Positions 52,074 to 61,696 of a stretch of 64,000 bases of DNA are shown in pieces (positions within the stretch are counted from its first letter, which is position 1; every line of letters begins with the position of its first letter). Made by a program: the position numbers and the translations under genes. The notes below the pieces were generated by a model. That model ran no database searches and was not told the origin of the DNA. It saw only the letters and a list, made by a program, of their open reading frames with translations. The stretch lies in the IMG/VR virus record IMGVR_UViG_3300034072_000926, positions 1-64,000 of that record; one strand, 5' to 3'.

Positions 52074-52360
52074 AGGATTACGATTTCGTCACAGTTTATC
52101 TCCCCTATGTTGGTGCAGTTGCCCGTGGAGAGTATAGCCACTTGATCTCTGAGGAAGTGGTTGCATGGCTCAATGAACACGTAGGCAACGGCACCGTTTC
52201 ATATCGTCACTGGTTGCTCAACTACGACAATGACACCTACCAGTGGACCTATAAGGGAACTGATTACTCCTCTGAATCTCATCATACAAAGATAGTCAGA
52301 GCATTCTGCTTCAAAGACATAGACAAAGCCAGCCTATTCAAATTGGTATGGGGTGGATAA
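52070..52360 (+). CDS. FKLxWGG-family small protein
   Basis: Ends KASLFKLVWGG. Confidence 0.8.
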   Translation: MKDYDFVTVYLPYVGAVARGEYSHLISEEVVAWLNEHVGNGTVSYRHWLLNYDNDTYQWTYKGTDYSSESHHTKIVRAFCFKDIDKASLFKLVWGG

Positions 52361-52368
52361 GTAGATTT

Positions 52369-52806
52369 ATGCAATCTACTCGTGCCAAATATCTAACAGA
52401 ATATCGTGCTTTACGAAATGCAATTCACCGTTGTCATAACAGCAAGAATAAGCAATATAAAGACTATGGCGGACGAGGTATAACCGTCTTTGATGAATGG
52501 CATACTGATTTTGACGCATTTATAAAACATATAGGACCTAAGCCTAGTCCTGATTTGACCTTAGAACGTATAGATAATGATAAGGGATATGAGCCTAATA
52601 ATGTTACATGGGCGACTAGGTCTGAGCAGCAATACAACAGAAGATCACATAGTTCAGCGGCCCGAATTACAATCAACGGGCAATCTTATACCTTGAATGA
52701 ATGGTCAAAGATAAGTGGAATAAATGCCACTACTTTACGATCAAGATTAAATAAAGGTGTAAGCCAATCTGAATTACTAAATCCAGTTGGTAAAACTGGA
52801 GTTTAG
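52369..52806 (+). CDS. HNH homing endonuclease
   Basis: RC.N...K.YKDYGGRGITV..EW..DF..F....TLERIDNDKGYEP.NV.WAT..EQ..NR; AT-rich. Confidence 0.9.
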   Translation: MQSTRAKYLTEYRALRNAIHRCHNSKNKQYKDYGGRGITVFDEWHTDFDAFIKHIGPKPSPDLTLERIDNDKGYEPNNVTWATRSEQQYNRRSHSSAARITINGQSYTLNEWSKISGINATTLRSRLNKGVSQSELLNPVGKTGV

Positions 52807-52807
52807 A

Positions 52808-53104
52808 ATGAAAGTAGCATATAACTTCCTACCTGATTACCAATTCCCTCATTGGATAGATCACAGCACAACACCTGCTAGTGACAACCTCACTCACTTC
52901 ATGAATGTCAACGAATGGTGCGGCAAGCAATTCGGGGACCTTGGTGTGAATTGGGGTTATGAGCGCAAGACTGATACCTCATCTGCGCCGAACGGGATGA
53001 ACCCTGTCAGGGTGCGTCTGCATTATACCACAATTCATTACAGCTGGCGTTTCAAGAACAAGGAAGATGCTGCTTTGTTCAAACTCACGTGGGGTGGCGC
53101 GTGA
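52808..53104 (+). CDS. FKLxWGG-family small protein
   Basis: Ends DAALFKLTWGGA. Confidence 0.8.
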   Translation: MKVAYNFLPDYQFPHWIDHSTTPASDNLTHFMNVNEWCGKQFGDLGVNWGYERKTDTSSAPNGMNPVRVRLHYTTIHYSWRFKNKEDAALFKLTWGGA

Positions 53105-53403
53105 AGCTTACAGAATACGAAACAGTCTCGATCTATGTTCCAGAGAGTCGACGACTAGGCTCGGGTAGCGGACAGAGCTTTAAGCTCAACCCTGACCTTA
53201 TTGAATGGGCTGATATGATGTACGGCTACAAGGCTCCCGACATGACTTACTTCGTTGCCAACCTTGACAATGATGCTTATGGTTGGGCGCATGGTGGTAT
53301 GGCAGCTAGTCCTAATCCTCTCGATAATCGCCTCTATCGCAAGTTCATGTTCAAGAAGGAATCTGATGCCTTGATGTTCAAATTGACATGGGGTGGCAAT
53401 TGA
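53101..53403 (+). CDS. FKLxWGG-family small protein
   Basis: Ends DALMFKLTWGGN. Confidence 0.8.
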   Translation: MKLTEYETVSIYVPESRRLGSGSGQSFKLNPDLIEWADMMYGYKAPDMTYFVANLDNDAYGWAHGGMAASPNPLDNRLYRKFMFKKESDALMFKLTWGGN

Positions 53404-53684
53404 GTGGATATCAGATCAGGTTCAATATCGAGGACATCTACGAGATTCAAGAACATTTCGGCTTAACGTGGGAATGTCTGACCGTCGGAATGCGTCGAGA
53501 GCATGAAAAGGAATGGATATTAAATCTCACCAGAGTTATTGACGCGTTAACTCAATGGTGTAAGGATAACGGTATAAGGCAATACTGGTTTGGCTACACT
53601 CAGATCGAATTGTGCGTAACCTTTCAAGAGAAGAAGGACGCGATGCTATTCAAGTTGAGGTGGCATAATGGTAAGAGAAGTTGA
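53400..53684 (+). CDS. FKLxWGG-family small protein
   Basis: DAMLFKLRW near C-terminus. Confidence 0.75.
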   Translation: MSGYQIRFNIEDIYEIQEHFGLTWECLTVGMRREHEKEWILNLTRVIDALTQWCKDNGIRQYWFGYTQIELCVTFQEKKDAMLFKLRWHNGKRS

Positions 53685-53871
53685 GACAGGATATGTGGGA
53701 TTCAACCCACCAGTCTATCACAAGTCTGATCGGTATTATCGAATTTGGGAGATCATTGACGAAATGAATCTCCGTCGTACGGTTGCCTTCATGTATCAAG
53801 GCAATATGGAATTGGTAGGGCTAGGCTTCCCTACGAAACAAGAAGCAATGATTTTCAGGTTGAAACTATAA
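53668..53871 (+). CDS. FKLxWGG-family small protein (divergent)
   Basis: Ends EAMIFRLKL. Confidence 0.7.
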   Translation: MVREVETGYVGFNPPVYHKSDRYYRIWEIIDEMNLRRTVAFMYQGNMELVGLGFPTKQEAMIFRLKL

Positions 53872-54122
53872 TGGGAACAGTTCACAGAAACGGCATACCG
53901 CCCAAGCGTCTTCCTTTCAAGAAGGTCCAAACCTATTCCGATATGGAGTTCAATGAAGAACTCATCACGAAATGGGCAAGGGAACAACTGGAGAACCACA
54001 TGCAATATGACATCGTGGTCTTCAATGGCACGAAAGGGAAGCTCAACCGTTCTATTGAGTTCACAGCCTGGTTTCAGACTAAGATTGATGCTGAACGCTT
54101 CCAGAAGAAATGGATGAAGTGA
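53871..54122 (+). CDS. FKLxWGG-family small protein (divergent)
   Basis: Ends DAERFQKKWMK. Confidence 0.7.
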   Translation: MGTVHRNGIPPKRLPFKKVQTYSDMEFNEELITKWAREQLENHMQYDIVVFNGTKGKLNRSIEFTAWFQTKIDAERFQKKWMK

Positions 54123-54415
54123 ACAATCAGATCTACATTGTTGATCGCGTGGATCAGGTCAAGTGGTATATCGACGAAGAGACTGCGATGACCTTCTGTC
54201 TACAGATGGATAAGAATCATCGAGTCATCCGAAACTGGCTAATGGAAATGACCTCCAACACCGTGGTCATAAGTGGTCAGGGCGTCATGCCTCGTATGGG
54301 ATCGAGTGATCATCCCAACAATGTCTACCAATCCATTTCCCGTGACCAATTCAAACTCTATTTCGCAGACGCAGACGATGCAATGCTGTTCAAACTAACT
54401 TGGGGTGGCGAATGA
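54110..54415 (+). CDS. FKLxWGG-family small protein
   Basis: Ends DAMLFKLTWGGE. Confidence 0.8.
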   Translation: MDEVNNQIYIVDRVDQVKWYIDEETAMTFCLQMDKNHRVIRNWLMEMTSNTVVISGQGVMPRMGSSDHPNNVYQSISRDQFKLYFADADDAMLFKLTWGGE

Positions 54416-54594
54416 CCACGTGCAAACTCTACAAGGCTTATCTCCTTAGCGATCGTGTCGAGGGTCCTAATATTCTGACTTTCTATGCCTACCACATGAG
54501 TGAGAAAGCAGCCAAGCAGGCTGCTATTCGTTGGGCTCAAGGTCAACATCCTGGCGCAAGCATCACCCTCGATAAAGTTGACTTGCTCTCATAA
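54412..54594 (+). CDS. hypothetical protein
   Basis: ATGA overlap; lacks the family motif. Confidence 0.6.
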   Translation: MTTCKLYKAYLLSDRVEGPNILTFYAYHMSEKAAKQAAIRWAQGQHPGASITLDKVDLLS

Positions 54595-54611
54595 CTCACT
54601 ATTATGGGCTT

Positions 54612-54968
54612 ATGAAAATAAGCTTCTGTCCTTGGCGTTCCCTGTCGCACCCTTACAGGGTCCAGTGGGGCTCTGTCTATGATTTAGTAACGCAGCAAAG
54701 CTCTGGTCCTAGAAGTTCTGAGGACTTCGCTCTGCGCGCCGCATGGGTTATTCGTTCTGAGGTTCTCAAATACATCGAAGAGTTACCTGATAGGAAATTC
54801 TTGTTCTTCTTTAAGATCAAGCCTATGGCGGCTGTGGCTTGTCAAGAGGCACGGTATATCGCAGGTCGTGCTGGACGAGTAACAGCCTTCCCTATACCTA
54901 AGCCTTTAATGTTCGCTCGCAAGAGTGACATTATGATGTTTAAGCTTCGTTTCGGCGGTCGTCTGTAA
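54612..54968 (+). CDS. FKLxWGG-family small protein
   Basis: Ends DIMMFKLRFGGRL. Confidence 0.75.
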   Translation: MKISFCPWRSLSHPYRVQWGSVYDLVTQQSSGPRSSEDFALRAAWVIRSEVLKYIEELPDRKFLFFFKIKPMAAVACQEARYIAGRAGRVTAFPIPKPLMFARKSDIMMFKLRFGGRL

Positions 54969-55333
54969 TGGAATTGTCTGCTAGGGGATTACCGTCGCTT
55001 CGCATTACTCAGGGATACCATGTCGTGATTCGTGCCCCTGATTATCCAGGCTTACTTCCGCATCAAGAACGTTTCAAACATGGGTTCACAAATGAACTCA
55101 AAGATTGGCTCTTAGAGCATGTGGGTCAACCTGCGACAAATCTCACATGGGAAAATGGCGAGGGCGATTGGATTCATACTGGCTGCCGTCAAGGCAAAGT
55201 AGAATGGGTTAATGCCCATACCCCTTCGGTCATCAACAGCATGGACTTCTATTTTAGAGACCGGCGTCGAGCGAGACGTTTCAAGATAGTCTGGGAACGC
55301 TATTTTGAGATAGCACTGGGACCTTTCACCTAA
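54968..55333 (+). CDS. FKLxWGG-family small protein (divergent)
   Basis: FYF....RARRFKIVW. Confidence 0.7.
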   Translation: MELSARGLPSLRITQGYHVVIRAPDYPGLLPHQERFKHGFTNELKDWLLEHVGQPATNLTWENGEGDWIHTGCRQGKVEWVNAHTPSVINSMDFYFRDRRRARRFKIVWERYFEIALGPFT

Positions 55334-55391
55334 ATTATTGACGCGCTTCTGGTGTGCTAAGTAAAATGCACATAGAAATCAGAGGCCATCA

Positions 55392-56747
55392 ATGACCCAA
55401 AATAGCTCAAATTATATCCTAGACACATCTCGCGAATATTCTATCTACGTATGTGAATCCCGTGCAATTCCTAAGGTCACAGACGGCCTAAAGGATGCTC
55501 AGCGCAAAGCGCTCTGGCTCGTTAAGAGCAAAGCCGAAAAGATCAAGACCGTATCGTTGGCTGGTGAAATGATCTCCAGCGGACTATATCTGCACGGCGA
55601 CGCATCTGCCGCCGGTGCTATCTCGATGTTGGCTGCACCCTATGTCAATAACGTCCCGCTCCTTGATGGTATTGGTTCGTTTGGCACTCGTGTTGCGCCC
55701 GTTGATGGCATTGGTGCTCCTCGCTATACCTATGTGAAGCGTGGTAAGGCTGCGCTAGAACTCATGTTCCCAGACATGGACATCGTCCCCGTAAAGGAGA
55801 ACTACGATGGATCTACCATCGAGCCTCAGCATTTTCTTCCACTTATTCCCACGGTTCTGCTCAACGGAGTCAGTGGCATCGCTGTTGGTTGGAGTACTGA
55901 AATTCTACCCCGTAGCTTCAAGAGCCTCATTGATGCTACCATAGCAATTCTTGATGGGAAGACGATCAAGCGTATCCCTCCCAGCTACGAACTCTACAAT
56001 GTTGGTGTGAAGCACCTTGAGGAGAACTCTTGGGAGTTCACTGGTAAGTTGGAGATCGTTGATACCTCGACGATCAAGATCACTGAGCTACCTCCTGAAC
56101 TGACCCTTGAGAAGTTCAAGGAACGACTCAATACATATGAGGACGAGAACCGAATCTCGACCTATACCGACCGTTCCACTGACACCATCGACATCACGAT
56201 CAAGATGGCACGTGGCACTGTTAAGGGCTGGTCGGAATCTCGCGCAATCGAATACTTCAAGCTGAAGCAGAAGAAGAGCGAGCGTATTGTTGTCATCGAC
56301 TGGAACAACACATCTATCCGTCAGTATGAGAACGCTGAACAGCTAGTCAAGGACTTTGTTGCTTGGCGTTTGGAATGGTATAAGACCCGCTACGAACACA
56401 AGCTGACCAAGGATGATTACGAGCTTGGTTTCTGGAAAGGTGTTAAGGCTTGCTTCGATGACAAGCTTCCTGCTCGTTTGGGTTCGATCAAGAGTCGTGC
56501 TGATCTAGATGCTGATGTTCGTGTGGTTGCAGAAGCCAAGAAGGTCATCTTGGATGACAAGCGTATTGATCGCATTGTCAACTTGCCAGCACATCGTTGG
56601 ACCAAAGATGCTTACGCAGATGTGTTGGCTAAGATCAAGGAACTCGAAGCTAACATCAAGGATTACAAGGCCATTTTGAAGGACCCTGAGAGGCGCAAGT
56701 CGATCTATAGGGAAGAGCTAGAAACTCTCAAGAAGGTTAAGTTCTAA
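55392..56747 (+). CDS. type II DNA topoisomerase breakage-reunion subunit (T4 gp52-like)
   Basis: RAIP...DGLK..QRK, YLHGDAS, GAPRY active-site Tyr, LLNG.SGIAVGW.T. Confidence 0.95.
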   Translation: MTQNSSNYILDTSREYSIYVCESRAIPKVTDGLKDAQRKALWLVKSKAEKIKTVSLAGEMISSGLYLHGDASAAGAISMLAAPYVNNVPLLDGIGSFGTRVAPVDGIGAPRYTYVKRGKAALELMFPDMDIVPVKENYDGSTIEPQHFLPLIPTVLLNGVSGIAVGWSTEILPRSFKSLIDATIAILDGKTIKRIPPSYELYNVGVKHLEENSWEFTGKLEIVDTSTIKITELPPELTLEKFKERLNTYEDENRISTYTDRSTDTIDITIKMARGTVKGWSESRAIEYFKLKQKKSERIVVIDWNNTSIRQYENAEQLVKDFVAWRLEWYKTRYEHKLTKDDYELGFWKGVKACFDDKLPARLGSIKSRADLDADVRVVAEAKKVILDDKRIDRIVNLPAHRWTKDAYADVLAKIKELEANIKDYKAILKDPERRKSIYREELETLKKVKF

Positions 56748-56750
56748 AGC

Positions 56751-56776
56751 AATGGGGAGGCCAAAGCCTCCCCATT
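56751..56776. terminator. bidirectional stem-loop between convergent genes
   Basis: AATGGGGAGG-CCAAAG-CCTCCCCATT. Confidence 0.7.
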
Positions 56777-56782
56777 CTCATA

Positions 56783-58030
56783 TCAGTCCCGACGCATGTC
56801 CATTTCGACATCGCCACAATAGGCAGTCTTGGCCGAAACCTTGTAGGTCTCGAATGTCAGACCATCCATGATCTTTGCCTTTGCCGTGACCGAATCAGTT
56901 GAGGTATAGCTATACCGAGTCGACTGAAGCGGCACGAACAGCTTCTCGTCCAGCTTGCTGACGTCATAGTAATAGAGCCAGAGGTCATCCCGGATAGAGC
57001 TCCAGGAATTTGCCGGCGGTGCTGCGCTCCGTGCATTATACCAGTCTTTGATATCGAAGCACACCGCCTTCCCTGACATCCTGACGAAGCCCGACTTGGC
57101 CTTGATCGAGGCCGGCTTGTTGGCGAGAAGATCATCGAAGGTGTGTTCGACCTTCTCGATAGTGATGTCTCCTTCAACTGGCTTGTTCGACGTTACCGCG
57201 TAGGTGCGAACATAGTAATCGTTGGAGTTCTCACTGATCCCGTTGCTCTTGCCGTTGTTCAGGAACTGGTTGAGCTCCTGTTCGCTTGCTTCCTGGGTTC
57301 CAGGGGTGTCAGTCGGGGTGATCTCAGCAATCTTCGGCGTGGCAACCGCGAAGTAGCCATTGCGACTGCCAGGATAGGCAAACACATAACGCTTCTTGTC
57401 GCCAATCTTGGCCTGGAAGTTGTTGGCGCTGCCCGATGCCTTGATGAAGTAGAAGACCCCGAGGTATCGACCTTCATCGCCATTCTGGAACACCACGTGG
57501 TCGCCGATGTTGAGTTCCTTGAGGCTGACCTTTTTCGCAGCACGTTCGGTATTCGCTTGAGCTGCCTTGTAGGCGTCGCTCTCGACCGGGACCAGGATGT
57601 TCTCACTACCCAGACGACCCCAGATAAGCTGTTCCTGGATCTCGCCCTTCTCCATCGTGCAGAGCATCAGGATCTGAGCAAAGTTCGCGCTGCTGATCTC
57701 GAGCTCGAAACCACGGGGATCTTCGATGCGCCACTTCACATTGCCGTTGCCGAAAGAAGCATAACGACGCACTTCGCGCGACAGCTTGAAGCCGACCATC
57801 GGCTTGTTCTCATAGGAGACGCCGGGAATGGAAGTGTACGACCGTGACGCATGGTCATAGACCTGTGCCCACTTGTCAACGCTTTCCTTGCGCTTCTTTG
57901 CCGCAGCATCAGTGCCGTCCGGCGTCATGAAGCCCAGAGGAGTATTATCCTGCGAGGGACGACTCTGGAATCCCACATAGTGCTGAGCAGGGAACTTGAT
58001 ATCCTTGTTGTCTGCGCCTACTTTACTCAT
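56783..58030 (-). CDS. conserved phage hypothetical protein
   Basis: Start MSKVG after AAGGG; W.IEDPRGFELEI motif. Confidence 0.8.
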   Translation of the reverse strand: MSKVGADNKDIKFPAQHYVGFQSRPSQDNTPLGFMTPDGTDAAAKKRKESVDKWAQVYDHASRSYTSIPGVSYENKPMVGFKLSREVRRYASFGNGNVKWRIEDPRGFELEISSANFAQILMLCTMEKGEIQEQLIWGRLGSENILVPVESDAYKAAQANTERAAKKVSLKELNIGDHVVFQNGDEGRYLGVFYFIKASGSANNFQAKIGDKKRYVFAYPGSRNGYFAVATPKIAEITPTDTPGTQEASEQELNQFLNNGKSNGISENSNDYYVRTYAVTSNKPVEGDITIEKVEHTFDDLLANKPASIKAKSGFVRMSGKAVCFDIKDWYNARSAAPPANSWSSIRDDLWLYYYDVSKLDEKLFVPLQSTRYSYTSTDSVTAKAKIMDGLTFETYKVSAKTAYCGDVEMDMRRD

Positions 58031-58038
58031 AAGGCCCC

Positions 58039-58275
58039 TTACTGGCTTTGGAGTTTGATATACATTGCATACCGCTTCTCGATCTTTTCGATCGCTTCGA
58101 GATACGGTGCTGCGGCTTCTTCTGCGGCTTTCTTTTTCGCCGCGTTCATTTCCAGTTTGAGTTCCTGGATCTGATTCCACATGTCCGTGATAGCCGTGCC
58201 TTCCGAGAGGATTTCCTGCTCGGTCGTGCCCGACTTGGACATCAATTGCTTGCGAACGGTGGAGAGAATGCTCAT
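58039..58275 (-). CDS. hypothetical protein
   Basis: 78 aa, ATGA-type coupling. Confidence 0.7.
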   Translation of the reverse strand: MSILSTVRKQLMSKSGTTEQEILSEGTAITDMWNQIQELKLEMNAAKKKAAEEAAAPYLEAIEKIEKRYAMYIKLQSQ

Positions 58276-58721
58276 GCGATCTGCACCGTTATACCAGCCT
58301 GACGGAGGTAATTAACGGCCTCGAGGATCTTTCGATTCCACGCTTCGGCGGCAAGGTCCATAGGCTTATCGGGCATCGAGACGCTGACCCACTGGTTCAC
58401 GCAACTCTCAATGGCATGCTTGGCTTCAACGAGCCCCATGCCCGTCAGACCGCGCAGTTCCTTGATCGCGTTGATCTTTTGCCACTGAGTAGTCCCATCG
58501 ACATATAGTCGCAAAGTCTTCGCATTGGGGAACTTGTTGGACACAATGCCCATAATGAGGCGTGCCTTCCAGTCCTTGCCGAGGATCGGCGCGAGGGCTT
58601 CCAGGACTTCGATCGAGGTGTCTCGGGTATAGAACTGCTTGATAACGCGCAGAAAAGAAGCCGAAACTTCGTCGAGCGCGAAGAACTGATCGTCCTCAGT
58701 TTCAGGGTCAATGAGTGCCAC
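58272..58721 (-). CDS. protein with C-terminal bL12-CTD-like domain
   Basis: KINAIKELRGLTGMGLVEAKHAIE; AGGAG RBS before GTG. Confidence 0.75.
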   Translation of the reverse strand: MALIDPETEDDQFFALDEVSASFLRVIKQFYTRDTSIEVLEALAPILGKDWKARLIMGIVSNKFPNAKTLRLYVDGTTQWQKINAIKELRGLTGMGLVEAKHAIESCVNQWVSVSMPDKPMDLAAEAWNRKILEAVNYLRQAGITVQIA

Positions 58722-58822
58722 GGTATCTCCTTTGATTCGCCGCAGCTCTACACTCCTTGCACCGCTTGTCAACCTTTCATATAAGTATTGTGCTGAAAAG
58801 AATATCTTGTTATTGTGGTTTA

Positions 58823-59416
58823 ATGCCTTGGACTTTTGAACAGCGCATCCAGAGGGCTTGTCAGGCCCTCTTAGATCGAAGTGAACTTGAGGACTCTCAG
58901 GTAGAGACGCTCAAGCGACCGCTCTTCTTTGGCAAATATGCCATGGGCGTTGGCTTGTCTCTTGCACTAGATCGCTGGGGTGACTGGTTTGAGGTCAAGG
59001 ATCAGGTTCATTCTCTTTTGGATGGGCTTGATACTGTGGTTCAGAGCAATCGTAAAACCTATCAATTCAATATATTCTCCAGCGATGTTACGGTTCTGCG
59101 TCGATTGATGAAGACGAGTTTCTTCACCTTCAATCACGTTCGAATCGTTGACAAAACTTGTTGGCATCTTTCTCTCCCGAAGCCCAAGCCCAAGGCTAAG
59201 TTCTACGGAGAGTTCGGGTGGAGGTTCTCTTTCAAGGACCCACACTGGGGTGATGTTAAGGAGAATATTGAATTGTTGGAAGGGTTGTCTGGGACCTACA
59301 AGTTAGTCACTCAGCCACGCACTTTCATCTACCTCTCTATTCTCTCGGATGTTCTGCTCATAAAACTCGTCGCAAGCGAGCAACTGTTGAGCTTGGATGA
59401 CCGGCACACCTTGTAG
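58823..59416 (+). CDS. hypothetical protein (degenerate DVLLIKL motifs)
   Basis: ORF, start MPWTF. Confidence 0.65.
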   Translation: MPWTFEQRIQRACQALLDRSELEDSQVETLKRPLFFGKYAMGVGLSLALDRWGDWFEVKDQVHSLLDGLDTVVQSNRKTYQFNIFSSDVTVLRRLMKTSFFTFNHVRIVDKTCWHLSLPKPKPKAKFYGEFGWRFSFKDPHWGDVKENIELLEGLSGTYKLVTQPRTFIYLSILSDVLLIKLVASEQLLSLDDRHTL

Positions 59417-59485
59417 GGTTGGTTGACAACCCTAGTGTCCACCAAGTATATTGAGAGATAGTATCAACAATTCATGAGGTGATGG

Positions 59486-60028
59486 TTGAAATTAACAGGA
59501 GTATTGGTGCTCCTCTCGTTCCTATTGCTGACGCCAAAACCAGCCGAAGCCGGAACACTACCTAAATACCAAACGCTGCATACTGCGGTCCGTTCACTGA
59601 ACACGCTCATCCCTGAGATCAGTGCTGCTAATCGGACCGAACAAGAACAGATGTTGTGCCTCGCACTAAACATCTATCATGAGATTCGTGGGGGGACACC
59701 GCGTGATCAGTGGGCAGTTGCTTTTGTGACACTAAACCGAACCAAGCGTAGCGCCTTCAAAGCGCGCAATGTTTGTGATGTCGTTTGGGCACCAGGGCAA
59801 TTTAGTTGGACTAGGTGGGCAATGAGGGCACAGTTGCCACGTGAGAATGGATCATGGAAGGAAAGTCAAAGAAAAGCCTTCCTACTTCTCAGTGGTGAGA
59901 AAATGAATGACCCTACGAACGGCTCGACGCATTTCTATCAGGCAAGGTTGAATCCTGGTTGGGCCCGTCGCTTAGTTAATAAGGTTCGTATCGGAAGCCA
60001 TATGTTTGCGAGTTTACCAGGCAGGTAA
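59486..60028 (+). CDS. cell wall hydrolase, SleB (Hydrolase_2) family
   Basis: CLALNIYHEIRG....Q.AVA.V.LNR...CDVV...GQFSW...TNG.THF...IG.H.F; signal peptide. Confidence 0.92.
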   Translation: MKLTGVLVLLSFLLLTPKPAEAGTLPKYQTLHTAVRSLNTLIPEISAANRTEQEQMLCLALNIYHEIRGGTPRDQWAVAFVTLNRTKRSAFKARNVCDVVWAPGQFSWTRWAMRAQLPRENGSWKESQRKAFLLLSGEKMNDPTNGSTHFYQARLNPGWARRLVNKVRIGSHMFASLPGR

Positions 60029-60066
60029 ACTGGGTTTGCCCATTAACTCAAATCCCATAGAAAGGT

Positions 60067-60092
60067 AGAGCCCGGCTTTTAGGCCGGGCTCT
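60067..60092. terminator. bidirectional terminator
   Basis: AGAGCCCGGC-TTTTAG-GCCGGGCTCT. Confidence 0.75.
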
Positions 60093-60117
60093 TTGTTTCT
60101 GCAATGTTTAGGAAGAA

Positions 60118-60675
60118 TTACCCTAGGTAAATTGCACTATTTGCACCATGCTCGAAGCATTCAACGCTCACGAGACGCACATCAGGGTTAACCGCATAAC
60201 GACCTAGTTCGCCCTTCTTCATCTTCTCAAGAAGTTCGACGGACTTGTCATAGACTAGCTTGGCGGTCAATTCACAACCCACCCCAGGAACGATACGGAG
60301 ATCGCACAGACGTCCGACAGAATAAGGAGTCGGTGTGAAACCGCTGCCGTCTTCTTCGCTAGAAGCTTTGCCATTCCAATTTGCATCTAGAGCAAACTTT
60401 GCAAAGGTTTCAAATACTTCACGCGCAGGATCATCCTCAGCGACCAAGATCGTGTGGTCAAACATATGATCTAGATAAGCCTTAATGGGCTTCATTCCGC
60501 CGAAGTCGAAACACCAGTTCTTTTCATCAAGCGTTTCAGACTCGAAAACAAACTTGAAGCCTAGCGAGTAGCCATGAAGCGTTGAGCAATGGCTGTGATT
60601 TGCCTTCCACTGACGGAAGCAGCAGGAGAGTCCACGGTCAGTGCCGTAGGTTTTGGTCGATTGATACTTTGCCAT
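60118..60675 (-). CDS. queD: 6-carboxytetrahydropterin synthase QueD-like
   Basis: CFRQW.A.SHC..LHGYS...WCFDFG..K.IK..L...FDH...E. Confidence 0.88.
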   Translation of the reverse strand: MAKYQSTKTYGTDRGLSCCFRQWKANHSHCSTLHGYSLGFKFVFESETLDEKNWCFDFGGMKPIKAYLDHMFDHTILVAEDDPAREVFETFAKFALDANWNGKASSEEDGSGFTPTPYSVGRLCDLRIVPGVGCELTAKLVYDKSVELLEKMKKGELGRYAVNPDVRLVSVECFEHGANSAIYLG

Positions 60676-60825
60676 TTTATGTTCTCTTTATCTGGCAACC
60701 AGAATCTTTAGAGAGGGTTGAGTTATTGTCCTCTTATGTCATTTATACAGAAACAGGTGATTAGGCGCAATATATGCGTTGATAATTTCCACCTTAAATA
60801 GGATGAACCCTAGAAGGAGAATCTT

Positions 60826-61320
60826 ATGGAACTCGGTATCACACAGCCACACATGGCATATCGTTTCAGGCTCGCCAAGTGTCAGCGTTCAATTACTCAG
60901 AACGTTGAAACGGTCGAGATCGAGAACGTGGCCAAAACTATCAAGATCAAAGTCCGTTCCACTATCCTAGGAAATGACTACGCTGATGCTGTCGCGTTCG
61001 CTGATAACAGATCATTTGTGATCGATGCGCTTGATGGTATGGGCAATCCTTACTTCGTTATCAAGCCTCTCGAACTGGTCTGCACCTCACACCTGACCAG
61101 CTTTGAATATGGTAATTCTGGCACCTTGTATCACTATTATGAATTCAAATACGATTATATGGGCGTATTCGTGTCAGAAGACGAACAGCCGAATGTTCTG
61201 CCAATGGCAAGCGATCCCAACTTCCCATCTATTGCAGAGGCTATGGCTGAGTTGGAAAAGAAAGTGACTTCCGCGGCCGAACAAGTTAATAAGGATGATC
61301 TAGACAAGGGTACGGAATAA
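60826..61320 (+). CDS. tail-tube-like (T4 gp19 fold) protein
   Basis: QP.MAYRFR...IDALDG.G...FEYG.S.......F.YD pattern; TAAATA upstream. Confidence 0.4.
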   Translation: MELGITQPHMAYRFRLAKCQRSITQNVETVEIENVAKTIKIKVRSTILGNDYADAVAFADNRSFVIDALDGMGNPYFVIKPLELVCTSHLTSFEYGNSGTLYHYYEFKYDYMGVFVSEDEQPNVLPMASDPNFPSIAEAMAELEKKVTSAAEQVNKDDLDKGTE

Positions 61321-61324
61321 AGCA

Positions 61325-61696
61325 ATGCGTGGGCTCACTCCTGACGAACGTGAGATGTGGTCGAAAGTAACCAAGGACGTCACACCCCTTGGTTCTACCC
61401 CTATGAGCCCCGTAGAGCAGTCAATCGTGCTTCCAGCAACCACACCGCGCGCAAAACCTTTCCGACCCGTATTGGACTTGCATGGGCTTACTTTGCACGA
61501 TGCTTATAATCGTTCAGTTTCCCATATCGCTAATGCGGCCGGAAAGTATCGCTATGTGGTCATTATTACTGGCTTGAGCGGGCAGATCAGAGAAGAGTTT
61601 CCTAAGTGGTTCTCTAATCACGCACTCGTGAGATCGATTAACTCACTACGAGGCGGAGGAGCCTGGGAAGTATGGCTGAAGAAAAGAGATACGTAG
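61325..61696 (+). CDS. Smr/MutS2-domain protein
   Basis: E..MW..V.+DV.PL; LDLHGLT..DA; VIITG.SG; GGGAW.V.LK. Confidence 0.88.
   Translation: MRGLTPDEREMWSKVTKDVTPLGSTPMSPVEQSIVLPATTPRAKPFRPVLDLHGLTLHDAYNRSVSHIANAAGKYRYVVIITGLSGQIREEFPKWFSNHALVRSINSLRGGGAWEVWLKKRDT

Noticed and set aside
50818-55333. Integron-like attC sites or DGR template/variable repeats at the FKLxWGG junctions
   Set aside because: Junction DNA varies at synonymous positions, shows no attC-type palindromes or adenine-specific variation, and there is no integrase or reverse transcriptase in the window.
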